Shown here in pieces: positions 15,970 through 28,629 of a DNA stretch of 64,000 bases. The notes below the pieces were generated by a model. It ran no database searches. It had not been told where the DNA came from and worked only from the letters and a program-made list of their open reading frames with translations. Positions within the stretch are counted from its first letter, which is position 1; every line of letters starts with the position of its first letter. The stretch is taken from the NCBI GenBank assembly GCA_963693365.1, contig CAVNZM010000011.1:1116001-1180000 (forward strand), in the 5' to 3' direction. Origin of the DNA: Amoebidium appalachense (lineage: Eukaryota; Protista; Ichthyosporea). The translations under genes and the position numbers were made by a program.

Positions 15970-16006
15970 TATATAAACCCACGTCAACGATAAGGTTGTA
16001 TCAGTC
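15970..16006 (+). promoter_or_regulatory. Core promoter of MFS copy 2: TATA box + initiator
   Basis: TATATAAA at 15970, TCAGTC at 16001 (A at 16003, +31 from TATAAA at 15972); CCAAT at 15920 and ATTGG at 15956. Confidence 0.65.
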
Positions 16007-16102
16007 TCGTGCTCCGTGGTTCAAGGTAGCTGGTTTCGGTGGGCAACACAACGGTACACTTTTCTGTCGTCACTCTGTAAGTGCTGTTGTCTGACCGTCA
16101 CC

Positions 16103-17767
16103 ATGGGTATCGCCGACAAGTTCATCTGGCACTATTCCGATGTTACCCAGCGCAGGACACCCGCGCAGGAAGAGGCCGAGCGCAAGCTCCTCGGCCTGGT
16201 GCCCTTCCACCGCCTGATGCTGCTGCCTGCAGCCGTCTTCGTTCAGCTGTGTGTTGGCTCCCTCTATGCCTGGTCTGTATACAACACACCCATCGAGAAG
16301 TACATCGCAAATGTCAACGGCAAGACTCCCGCCGACTACCTTGGCTACTCTGCCAACACTTTCTACGTGGCTGTGGGCACCTTCGGCCCCTCGGCCGCAC
16401 TGTTCGGTCCCTGGCTCGAGCGTGAAGGTCCCCGCAAGGCGCTCCTTCTCTCCACCAGTCTCTTCTACGCCGGCAACCTGCTTGCTGCCCTTGCCGTGTG
16501 GAAGGGTCTGTGGGCGCTCCTCTACATCGGTTACGGTTTCATTGGCGGCTTGGGCCTCGGTCTCTCCTACATCACACCTGTGTCTCCTCTGCAGAAGTGG
16601 TTCCCCGACTACCGTGGTGTTGTGTCCGGTATGGCCGTGTGCGGGTTTGGTGGTGGGTCGATGATTGCAGCCAAGGTGCAGAATACCCTCATTAACAGCA
16701 AGGGTGTGCCCCTCACGTTTATCATCCTCGGGTCCATCTACTTTGTCATCATGATGGCCTGCACCTTTGTGCTCCGCACTCCCCCCGAGGACTTTGTTCT
16801 GGCCATGAAGGCCAAGCTGGGTGCCAAGTTCCATGCCCACGGCCACGGCCCTGCAAAGGAGGACACCCAGCCAGCCAGCGACGCATCTAAGGGTGTCCTG
16901 GAGAAGCAAGCGGAGACCCAGGTTGCTGCTGTTGATCTGGACAATAGCAACGAGCCCGAGGTGCTTCACGAGCCCGAGATCAAGATGACGCTGATCGAGG
17001 CCATGTTCACCACCGACTACCGCCTGATGTACTTCATGCTCATGGCCAATGCCATTGCCGGTCTCCTGACCATCTCCAAGCTGTCGGATATTTGCCAGCA
17101 GCAGTTCGGCAAGGATGCCGACTTGGCCTCCACCGTCGTGTCCGTCAACTCTGGCTTCAACCTGACTGGCCGTGTGATGATGGGTCTGACCTCGGACTTC
17201 TTTGGCCGCAAGCCTCTCTTCATGGTTTCTCTCGTCTTCCAGGCCATCATTGTGTTGTGTGCCCCCACAATGATCATGAACAATGCCTTCTGGCCCTACG
17301 TAATTTGCATGTGGTTCCTGTCGGCCTTCTACGGTGGTGGGTTCGGTCTGATCCCTGCCTTCCTTGCCGACCAGTTCGGCACCAAGAACATTGGCGCCCT
17401 TCACGGTATCATCCTCACGGCTTGGTCGTTCATCGGTGTGGTGGGTGGCCTCACGTTCAACGCCATCTACAAGAACCAGGTTGCCAAGTACGGCAAGTTG
17501 GCAAAGAACGTGTACAACATCAACTACTACTGGATTGCCGTAGTTATCTGGTTGGGTGTGATTGCGACCCCCTTCATCCACACCGACGTGCGTGACCGGC
17601 TGTTCCCTGCTGCCGAGGGCCAGTTCTTCTGCATTCGTGTGGGCAAGCGTCTTCTGCGGGTGTCCCGGTCAAAGGGTGTCGAGTACCTCACCCACCAGCA
17701 GGAGGAGACGGAGTGGCGCGCATTCCTGCACACTCTCCCCGAGAACCAGCCCGGGTACAAGGCCTAG
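16103..17767 (+). CDS. MFS transporter, OFA/monocarboxylate-like family, copy 2; intronless, 554 aa
   Basis: Near-identical to copy 1 from MGIADKFIW to QPGYKA* except the central loop. Start placed at ATG 16103 (caccATGG, same N-terminus as copy 1) rather than the ORF-track GTG at 16016. Confidence 0.93.
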   Translation: MGIADKFIWHYSDVTQRRTPAQEEAERKLLGLVPFHRLMLLPAAVFVQLCVGSLYAWSVYNTPIEKYIANVNGKTPADYLGYSANTFYVAVGTFGPSAALFGPWLEREGPRKALLLSTSLFYAGNLLAALAVWKGLWALLYIGYGFIGGLGLGLSYITPVSPLQKWFPDYRGVVSGMAVCGFGGGSMIAAKVQNTLINSKGVPLTFIILGSIYFVIMMACTFVLRTPPEDFVLAMKAKLGAKFHAHGHGPAKEDTQPASDASKGVLEKQAETQVAAVDLDNSNEPEVLHEPEIKMTLIEAMFTTDYRLMYFMLMANAIAGLLTISKLSDICQQQFGKDADLASTVVSVNSGFNLTGRVMMGLTSDFFGRKPLFMVSLVFQAIIVLCAPTMIMNNAFWPYVICMWFLSAFYGGGFGLIPAFLADQFGTKNIGALHGIILTAWSFIGVVGGLTFNAIYKNQVAKYGKLAKNVYNINYYWIAVVIWLGVIATPFIHTDVRDRLFPAAEGQFFCIRVGKRLLRVSRSKGVEYLTHQQEETEWRAFLHTLPENQPGYKA

Positions 17768-18269
17768 AGGAAACACTGGTTACCCACAGAGATGTAGAAA
17801 CGAATGGCTTGAGTCACGCAGTATGAATGTATATATAGAGGCGACCTAATGCCCCTGACTTAAATATGATGGCGAGTAATGGCTGCATGCTGATTCGTGC
17901 TTTTTCCTTTTCTATCTCTCAGCACGTAAGCATCAGTACACAGAGTCCCCGTAGCTGTAACCAGTTCCAAAGCAATAATATGGGCTGCTGTGCAGTCAAA
18001 TATCTAATGGCCTTGAACGGTGCACAGCAATAAACGAGTTGAATGTATGCCTGTGTGGTGCCGGGTGTTGTCCCTGTGGCCAGGCAATCAGCGAATCTGC
18101 CAGAAGGTAGGAGTCCCCGTTGTGATGCATACGGAGAACGTGCATATGCTCATATTCGCGTGCACACCATTGCAACAAGCACCCGAGCACATATGCCAGA
18201 ACAATCGCGCGTGCACAAAAACACACATCAAATATTCGCGCTTACCATGCACATACAAGCACATCTATA

Positions 18270-19262
18270 CACGGTACAAGTAGGTTTTTGCCTATACATA
18301 AAACACACCCTCCTTCAATTCACGGTACAAGTAGGTTTTTGCCATTACATAAAACACACCCTCCTTCAATTGCAATTCATGCAGACACACCCCTTCCACG
18401 TGCCTGCATGAACAGGCACACAAGCACACAAAATACACACCAAGAGCACGCGCCTACACACAAAGAGCAGTCACACCCACATACTCCATCACATTAAGGC
18501 TCGCAACTCCTGCACTCGCTGAATACATGCAAGCATTCACCCACACAAGTTCACACACACACACACACCAGCACACCCACCCAACACCAAGAGCACGCGC
18601 CTACACACAAAGAGCAGTCACACCCACATACTCCATCACATTAAGGCCCGCAACTCCTGCACTCGCTGAATACATGCAAGCATCACCCACACAAGTTCAC
18701 ACACACACACACACCAGCACACCCGCCCAAGGCAGCTTATAAGACCACCCACCCAAGCGTACACACAAGCACTCACTCTCATACAAACTCATCCCAACAC
18801 ATATGTTACATGCAAGTCTCTCGCTTACACACATACATCTGCACACCCACAAGCACAGAAGCTAACCAACACACAAACTAATTCTCACACACCCTGCAAC
18901 GTGCGAACACCCCCCTGCGCATGCTGATGCATACATACACAAAAGGCGCATGTTTTTGCACCGTCATACACAGGCACTCACCCACATACAAGCGCAGCGC
19001 ATGCATGTCACTAAATACTACTACTTTTTTAATTGTTTTATAAGAACAGCTATCGTCGTCGTGTAGTGCTCTCACCTCAACATATTCATGCATGCACATA
19101 CACACACACGTGAGACACACACAAGCACCCACACACGCGCAAATCACGCAGAAGCATACATATCCCACACAAATTTCATGGATGCACATACACACACACG
19201 TGAGACACACACAAGCACCCACACACGCGCAAATCACACAGAAGCATACACATCCCACACAC
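18270..19262. repeat. Cluster of two-copy tandem duplications downstream of MFS copy 2
   Basis: 51-bp unit (18270-18320, 18321-18371); about 147-bp unit (starts 18437 and 18584); 90-bp unit (starts 19085 and 19175). Confidence 0.85.
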
Positions 19263-19422
19263 ATTCATCAACACACAGTTTCGGCACACACGTTACATGC
19301 AAGCCTGCACCCACACAAGGGGCCCCCTCCATATGGCGGTGCAGTGTATGTACGCTACTACACTTCCGACATGTAGCGCTTTGCCTAATCATGCAGTAAT
19401 ACAACGCACCCCCCCTCCCCTC

Positions 19423-19449
<27 letters not shown>

Positions 19450-19468
<19 letters not shown>

Positions 19469-19639
19469 ACGCACCCCACATTTATGGTGTGTACACCCAC
19501 ACACATAAACATGACACCATGTACAGCTCATCCACATGCACACACACACAAACATACACAAACAGAGGCGTGTATGCGCGCACACACACTATTGAACCAC
19601 AGATACCACACACACCACACGTATGTTTACACCACACGT

Positions 19640-19686
<47 letters not shown>

Positions 19687-20261
19687 GATCACGCACACAT
19701 GTGCACGCGCTCGCACATGGGCACACACACTGCCCACACACACACACAATGGCACCACAGGTATCACATACACCACACGTGCATGCACACACGCACACAC
19801 GCCATACACATCGACCGTTTGCGCGCCTGCCCATACACACAAGTGAACCAAAAATGTCACACACACCACACGTGTGTGTACAACACACCTGTATCATGTG
19901 ACACACACACACGCACACACACACACACCACACCTATAACAGCATGAGACCATGTGCACATACACACTCGTGTGTGCGCGCACACACACTATGGCACCAC
20001 AGATGTCACACACACTACACGTGTGTGTATCCCACATGTGCATACACACGTGTATGTCAACGCACACACCACACTAGACCGTCACACACATACTCCACAT
20101 ATGATACACACACATCACACGTGAAACCAAGCACACAACACACACACTCCTATGTGTGTACACCACATTTGTTCACACACACAGTGTGTACCAACACGAA
20201 CCAAACACACACATACTCCACACCAACACACACGATATGAGACATGCCCACCACACCGTGT

Positions 20262-20313
<52 letters not shown>

Positions 20314-20725
20314 CACACATCAAACGATCGTTCACATAGACCACACAAGGCACACATACGCAAACACGACACGAGACTACACACACACAAACATACACAC
20401 ACACGTGCGCGCGGAATACACACCCACACCCACACACACAACACATATCAAACCAGCGTGCACATACAGCACACAAGACACACAGGTGCGCGCACGACAC
20501 GCGACTACACAACCACACACACACACACACATACACACACACACACACCTCACACAACACATATCAAACCAGCGTGCAGGTACACCATACAAAACACAGA
20601 TGTGCGCGTGTGCGACACGAGACTGTATACACCTACACACCCACCCCCCCACCCCACCCCCCACCCCCACACACACAAACCATACATGAAACTAGGCACA
20701 CGCACAGGCAGAACGGCCACTCATG

Positions 20726-20760
<35 letters not shown>

Positions 20761-20830
20761 CGCAGAGAAAGCCATGCATACACATGAAGCTACACACACA
20801 CAGAACCACGGACACAAGTACAAACACAGA
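19450..20830. repeat. Degenerate (CA)n-rich low-complexity region
   Basis: Long imperfect CA repeats. Confidence 0.85.
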
Positions 20831-20878
20831 TATAAGAGCAGAGAAAGCACAATGATACACAAGCTCCGGTCACAAATA

Positions 20879-20911
<33 letters not shown>

Positions 20912-21409
20912 CCCTTCCCGTTTTGTTCCCGGAACCTTTGGGCCCTCCAAGGGGAACTACCGTCTTCCACCCAGCACCGACAGTACTCTAGCTAAAATGC
21001 TACGGTATTATCAGCCAGTCATAAATACACACATGCTTCCTCCGGTTACGAATACACACATGCTTCCTTTAACACATCAAGGTTCAAAATGTGTGTGTGT
21101 GTGTGTGTCAACCGGGGCGCAGGGGGTGGGGTGGGTGGCCCACCCGGGGGGGGAGACGGGTGGGGCTGCTAGATGGCAACACTTATCCTCTTTTTCTGGG
21201 GGGTTCCTTATCCTTGATAATATTTGGCGGGGGAGCCCTTATCCCTGTTTTATATGGGGGGGGGGGGGGGGGGGGGGGGGAGGGGGGATGGTATCATTCT
21301 CCCTCCTACTTGGGCAGGGCCGGGGGGGGGGGGAAGGAGGAGGGGGGGGGGGGGGGGGGGGGGGATGGTACCACTATACCTCTTACTTGGCACTTGGGCG
21401 GGGGGAGGA

Positions 21410-21445
<36 letters not shown>

Positions 21446-22792
21446 TGTTGTTTCGTAACATATGTAACTTTTATATCTAGCTTGTACCTGGGTGGAAGTA
21501 CAGCTGGCCTGGGTGGCCTTTGTGCTGGCACCTCATCGGAGTCTTCCCTGGAACCTGTTGATCCGGGTGGGCATTGCAGAGAATATATTGTGGTACAATA
21601 ACGCGCGATTGCACCGATTAGCCATATATGGAAATTTTTGGCGGGAAAATTTGGTGAGCAGAAAAAAGGCATTCATAAAACAGCCAAAAAGGCAGGAACG
21701 TGGGCAGCATTTCCCTATTTCATTTATCTTCTTCTTCTGTATAATTCTTATTTGCCATTTTTTCCCTGCCTTTTTTTTTTTTTTTTGAAAGAGGCGGGGC
21801 AAGAGGGAGGGACCGAAAGGAGGAGGGAGAGGCTAGGCTAGGTAACAAGGCTAAGGGGTGACTGCAGCTGCGCGTGCGTGCATGTGTGTGCATGTGTGTG
21901 TGTGTGTGTGTCTGTGTGTCTGTGTGTCTGTGTGTGTGTGTGTTTGGGGGGGGGGGGGGGGGGGGAAGGGCAGGGGGATGTTTTTGTTGTGGTCTATTCC
22001 AGTGAGATATGTCTGATGTCTTTCACACAGCAAACGTGAATAGCACAGAAACCTTTCCCAGTATTTCAATAAGCAACAGTAGGGTGTAAGCACATGCTGC
22101 GTCAGAGGCCCTCTAGCCAATCAGCACTAGCCATGCATAGCATGCATGAACAGAGACAGCATCCAAAGACTTAGAAGCCTTGAATCAGTTACGTAATTGG
22201 CAATACCGGATCTCCTGGAAAACTTACAATGACCATTTCATTGATACAAAACCTCATATTAATGCCTGCCAAAATCCGATTACATGCGATTGAAGATGTG
22301 GAGGAGCACCTGGTGGGTTCGGATGGTGGTGGGTGGGTTGTGGTGGTGGTGGATTTTGGGGGAGGGAGGGAGAGGGGGAGGTGGGGGGGGAAAGACCCGG
22401 TCCGAGGGGCAGGGAGGAGTGGAGAGGGATTGGGGGGGGAAGGGGAGGAGGGGGGGGGGGGGGGGGGGGGGGGGGACCCGGTATACCGGGCGGGGGTGGG
22501 GAAGGGGGGGAGAGGGGAAAGCGAGGGAGAATACTTACGGATATTTTCCTCAGGTGTGTGCGTACATGTTGGGGTGTGTGTGTTTGTTTGGGGAGGTGGG
22601 GAGGGGGAGGAGGAGACTGAGGGTGGGGGGCCTGTGATCCGGAGTGAGAGGGCAATTGTGGGTACCCAGGGAGAGTCTCGTGTTTTGTCCCGGTCTGTCC
22701 CCTAGGGTCACCAGCTGGACACGCTCATACCCATGATAGGGCAATGAGAAGCCATTAGCACCTTGCTTGGCTCTGTGTGTGTGTGCAGGAGG

Positions 22793-22828
<36 letters not shown>

Positions 22829-23604
22829 AGTATCAAAAAGAAGGAGGGGAGGGGGGGAGGGGGGAGGCTGAGCATAATTCCATTGCAAGAACTAATGATG
22901 CTAAAACTTAAAGCCGAGCAGTCACTGTGATTGGCACCCCAATGGTTGGATCACACAAACTGGAAAAATTTACGCCTTTTTTTGTAGGCATGTGCAACTG
23001 TTTTATCAGTGGTGAGTGGGGACGGGCTGGAAATATGTGTGTGGGCCATGATGGGCCGGTGAGTGAGCCTGGAGCCGGGGAGGAGGGGGGGGGGGGGGGG
23101 GAGGAGGGGGGGAGGGAGGGGGGGGGGGGGGGAGGGGGGGCGGAGGGGGGAAGGGGGGCCAACTAGCTGCCATTAAGAGTATAATACATTAAATCTAATG
23201 TCCACAAGCGTGTGAAGAAGGCTGTGGTTGCACGGTTTGTTGGACCGTTGTGTGTGGGGGCACCAGAGTACCATACCAACAGCACGCGTGTTGGGGGTGG
23301 TGGGGTGCACGTGGGGTGCACGTGTATGTGTGACGATGGAGCACCACACGTATGCGGGTGTCTATGTGCATGTGCTACATGTGGCAGCTTTGTGATAGTC
23401 TTTTTGGTTGCTAGGAGCTTGTGTGTATCAGAATTCTACAATCCCTAACTGGGCGAGGAAACAAGGTTGTCAGGCGGCCAATCAAAACCTCTGAATGACT
23501 GCCGAAGTATCTGCTGGTTATGTCGATGTTATGAGCTTTCCCCCTCCCCCCCCCCCCCCCCCCCCTCCCCCCACCCTTCCTCTCATAATGAGCTTCTTTT
23601 GGTT

Positions 23605-23960
<356 letters not shown>

Positions 23961-25419
23961 CGGTTTGTATGGGGGGGGAGGAGGAGGGTGGGGGGGGGGA
24001 AGGCTCTGAGGCCTGGGACGGAGCATTGATTAGGAGGAAGGGAGGGGAGGGTGGGGGCGATGGGGGGAGGGGGATGGATATGCCTGGCAAATGGCAGAAG
24101 TAAATCATCGATCACCGTTGAAAATCAACCACCGAAAGCAGATTGCACACGTGGGGTTGGTCATCTAGCGGCAAAACGGAGAGAGGGTGCGGGGGGGGCC
24201 GGGGGGGGGGGGGGGGGGGTGGGGGGAGGGGGAGGGGGGGGGGGGGGGGGGGGGGCAGGAGTGTTGAGCATGGAGGGGAGAGGGGGAGAGGGGGCAGGAG
24301 TGGGAAGCGTGGGGGGGGGGGGGCGGGGAGGGAGGGGGACTAAAGGTGGGTAACCGGAAGGAACGGGGATAAATCATTAAAGAAAAGCCGCAATGGGCCG
24401 AAAGGTTTCGGGTTGGGAAAGGGGAAGTGGGGGGGGGGGTCGGGAGGATTGGGAAGAGAGGGAGGTCAGGGGAGGTGGGGGGGGGGGGGGGGGGGGGGGG
24501 GAATGTTGGCTGCCGGAAGGGGTGGGGGGGGGGAGAGAAGGGGGGTGGGGGGGGGTGGGGGGGGGGTCTTCGGAAGTATGCCTGTGCTCTGGCAGAGGGT
24601 ATTTACATCAACTCGTACTTTAGTGATTGGTGTGGGAAATCAGGTGGGTGTGGGTCTTTGGTTGAATGGTGGGCATTCTCTCCATGCCTCAAGCCACAGC
24701 TAGTGCTCTAGTGGTCAGTGGTGCCTCATGTGGTGTATACATGATTGGTGAGTTAAAAATAAAGAGGATGTGTGGCAATCAAGTCAACTGATAGTGATCA
24801 AATTGCAGCCCTTTCACTCTACTTTATTCCACATTTGTTCACGGCATATAATTTACAGGATAAGATTGAAATGAGCGCGGTAAAGAGCATCCTGCTCGGC
24901 TAGGTTTTCAAAGGATGTCGGATGCCGTGTTTAGAGAATACCATCCAATTCAGGTACCTTAATTCAAATCCTGGAATGCGACATCTGATAGGCTGGAGGT
25001 CATGCCTGGCATCCATCTAGTATTTATATGTGCGCACCCAATGACCCTTAGGCTACACACCGGTCAAAGCATACCACAACCCCAGCAGCTATATTGAAGC
25101 CCTCGAATCACACAGTCCCCTGCCCAGAACGGTTGTCAATGAGAGAGAATGGAATAATTGCAAGTCAACGGGAGGAAGAGCTGTGCCATGTGAGGAGACC
25201 ATGGGGTATTATGAGTGATGTGGCTTGAGACTCGGGGGGAGGGGAGAGGGGGGGGGGGGGGGGGGGGTCTTAATAGTTCATCAGTGCCTAGGATTCAAAT
25301 AAAACTGCTTTTTTCCATCCCATCCAAACTCAAGGCCTATTTCCGTTTTTGCCTTCAATAGTTGCTGTAGGGTGCAGTGATCATGAAAAACCGTATCCTA
25401 CTACATACTGCGAGGTGGT

Positions 25420-25484
<65 letters not shown>

Positions 25485-25494
25485 GTGTATAGTG

Positions 25495-25566
<72 letters not shown>

Positions 25567-25989
25567 GTGTGTGTGTGTGCGTGTGCGTGTGCGTGTGTGT
25601 GTTTTGGCGGCGGGATGGGGAGGTTGGGGGTGGCGGTGTGGGGGGGGGGGGGGGGGGGGGGTTGGATACCTGTCCCGTAAACTGTGTAAAAAGGGGATGG
25701 GGGGAGGGGGTGGGAGGGGCGGGGGGGGGGGGGGGGGGGGGGGGGGTGCATAGTCAAAAGTTGTCTTGCATGCAACCGTATGTCGAAAAATAGACCCGCC
25801 TCTCCAACCACTTCCCCAATAAGGATGTGTTATGGTCATATCGCCTAACCCTCATTAAAAAGAACGTGCCGGTGCAAGCTTATACATGCAATCTGAGTCT
25901 ATTTTTGGAGACCCAATAACCAGTGCCAGCAAGAGCCAAACACCGCTTTTATCAGACTAGCCAAATGCCGTATTCGGGCAGCAGCCGCC

Positions 25990-26026
<37 letters not shown>

Positions 26027-26121
26027 AACTCCACTTGCACAGTCCTATTGCTGACGTTATCCTTTCTTTCATCCCCACGAACCTATCCCCCCTTCCCCCC
26101 TGCCCCCCCCCCCCCCCCCTC

Positions 26122-26272
26122 TCCCAACCCAACCTCCATATTAGTAAAACATACTCCAGTATTGTAAAGGGGGGGGGGGGGGGGGTTGAGGGGAGGGAGG
26201 GGGGAGGGAGGGAGGCAGGGCTATGCCGTGGGAATATGAGTATGTTTTACTAATATGGAGGTTGGGTTGGGA
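26122..26272. mobile_element. Inverted-repeat (MITE-like) element: perfect 35-bp arms, 81-bp G-rich spacer
   Basis: tcccaacccaacctccatattagtaaaacatactc (26122-26156) is the exact reverse complement of 26238-26272. Right flank TA, left flank TC. Confidence 0.55.
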
Positions 26273-26383
26273 TAGTTGATGGTGTTGGTGGCGTGTGTGT
26301 TTGTGTGATCATGAGTACGTGTGACCGTCACGCTGTGCAGTGCCATGGCCTCAGTGTGTTTGTGTGGTTTTTTTTTTTTTTTT

Positions 26384-26425
<42 letters not shown>

Positions 26426-26523
26426 CCTCCCCCGTTGGCAGGAGGGGACTGGAGGGGAGGGGAGGAGGGGATCGAAGGCGTGGTGGTGGTGGCGTTGGAG
26501 AGGGAGGGGGGGGGGGGGGGGAG

Positions 26524-26554
<31 letters not shown>

Positions 26555-27540
26555 AAGGAGGGAGGGTCACGCGACCCGGCTGCACAATGCTCGAATTAGA
26601 ATAACGTGTGTTAAGGTGTTCTTTTCTTTTCTTCATTTGCAACATTATTCGATATTCCTCCTATTTTTGTAGATTTATAATATAAAAAAACTTAAACACG
26701 ACAAACATTAGTGAATTTTCAATGCGTTTTATATTAGAAACTACGTTGGCCTAGACGGAGCCTCCTAGACGTTAAGCTTGCAACTAATTATAACTTGAAT
26801 TTGCGATAATAAAAGCTGCAAGCACAAACGCGTGAGCTTCATCTGATGATAGGAGAGCTAGGCTGCAACAATTGGACACACTAAATGGCCAGTTCCCTGC
26901 CTGATAAAAGCGAGCAGCTGATATCGATAGCGACAGTCTGTGGGTTGCCCGTATGGCAGCTTTCGCAATTGCCCATATTGCAGGTGCCAGACACAGGTAT
27001 TGAAAACTGTGTTTGACGCCACATAGCGCTCCGGTAGGGCATATAGCTCGGCACTCTCACATTGTTAAGCTAGGCGGCCGCGTACGCGTGTACAAACTTC
27101 GTTAACAGCTCACAAAGTGATTGCAAACACTGGCAGCAGCAAACATGGCCCAGTGGTCGAGGATGGGCCACCGTGCGTGCGTGCGCGCAACTGCGTATGC
27201 TCAAGCCATGGGTTTGAAATTTGGCGCTCTAAATGCACCAATCACAAGGATACTTTGCAAACTAATAACTTAATAAGGCTCTTGATAAAATAGATTCACC
27301 AATCATCATCCACATCCTTATAGATCTTATACGTGGGGGTCTATCCCGGAAAGCAAAACTTTGAACACTGTTGACAACCTTCCGAAGTTCCTACAGGTCA
27401 TTTTCGAGTCAAGCAAAGGTAGGTTTTTGTATTTAATAAACCATAAATCATATTTAGAGTTATAAACGGACTCTTGATTCAAAGACCTGATTTTTTCTAT
27501 TTGCCTGCTATCATATGAAAATATGATATATATAAAAATA

Positions 27541-27601
27541 ATCCACCCACGTTCGGAAAAATTGCAGCTGTATCCACCCACGTTCGGAAAAATTGCAGCT
27601 G
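27541..27601. repeat. Perfect 30-bp direct repeat x2 (period 31), about 1 kb upstream of MFS copy 3
   Basis: atccacccacgttcggaaaaattgcagctg at 27541 and 27572. Confidence 0.85.
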
Positions 27602-28502
27602 CCGTCGGAGCCATGGTGACCAATAAATGTGAGGCAGTCCCATACATGGCGACGGGGTTACCTGCATCCCCATGGCTAAGACACAGGCTTTAAATAAGCA
27701 AAACGTCCAAAACCTACATTTTGAAAGTCATTAATCGACCTTTTATCCATGGATCACATTCTATCTTTGTTGCTTCACATTTACTGCCCGACTCACTGAG
27801 CTCTGAGCCTCTGACTCATGACCGGTGTGTTGAACCGAGGAGGGTAAATCTGCTGGACATGGCACCTACATTCCGTAGCTGCCCAATTGATGTACGTTAG
27901 TGTATTACTTGGACAGCAACAACCCTATAGTGCACGGGAGTATTTAATTCCAGGCCATATACCGTAAAGCACATGCATGGCCACTGGTGCCGTTCACATC
28001 GACCGATAGCCGGATTAGCTAAAGGCACTGCCATTCACATCATACTGTACCCATCTACTGTAGTATGCGCATGCATGCGTATGTGCGGCATATATGGCCA
28101 CGTCGTGCGCGTGGTTGGAGTGAGAAGACGGCTAACGTATCTTATAAGTGTTGTATGAAGCGCCATACAACGGAACAGAAGAAAAATAATGCGCTTCTTC
28201 AAGATAATATGGTGTTTTATCTTTCAACTTACTTTTTTGTCAACATCTGCGAAAGGTTGAAACTTGAAAGGTGTGCCACCGTCCACGTCGCACGCGGCTA
28301 CTTTCACGTTATCTCTGTAAGGTATCTAAATTAGATTTGCCCATCTCAACGAGTGATAACAAATGTGTGGCGAAAGCCGAAAAATGCTAAACCAATAGCT
28401 TTAGACTTTAAAAAGGTTTGGAATTTTTAAGGCTTCCTAGAAAGATTCACCGATTGAAGAATTATCATGCATAAATATTTCCTAACAATCTGCAGGAGAA
28501 CT

Positions 28503-28537
28503 TATAAAAGCAACCGCAAACTGTCAACTTCTCAGTC
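28503..28537 (+). promoter_or_regulatory. Core promoter of MFS copy 3: TATA box + initiator
   Basis: TATAAAAG at 28503, TCAGTC at 28532 (A at 28534, +31); CCAAT at 28392. Confidence 0.65.
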
Positions 28538-28629
28538 GAACAACCTCACGCTCTGAGAGGGTGGTCGTTTGAATTCACTCCAATATACCCGTTTCTGACA
28601 CGCACACGTGCATGGCATCTGTTTGAAAA

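Noticed and set aside
16016-16102. 29-aa N-terminal extension of MFS copy 2 from a GTG
   Set aside because: Non-ATG start in a eukaryote, lies just after the predicted initiator, and is absent from copy 1.
16070-17581. 503-aa antisense ORF, and similar ones at 8754-9407, 9417-10139, 28675-29304 and 29395-30267
   Set aside because: Shadow ORFs caused by the strong GC3 codon bias of the MFS genes; broken at different points in the paralogues.
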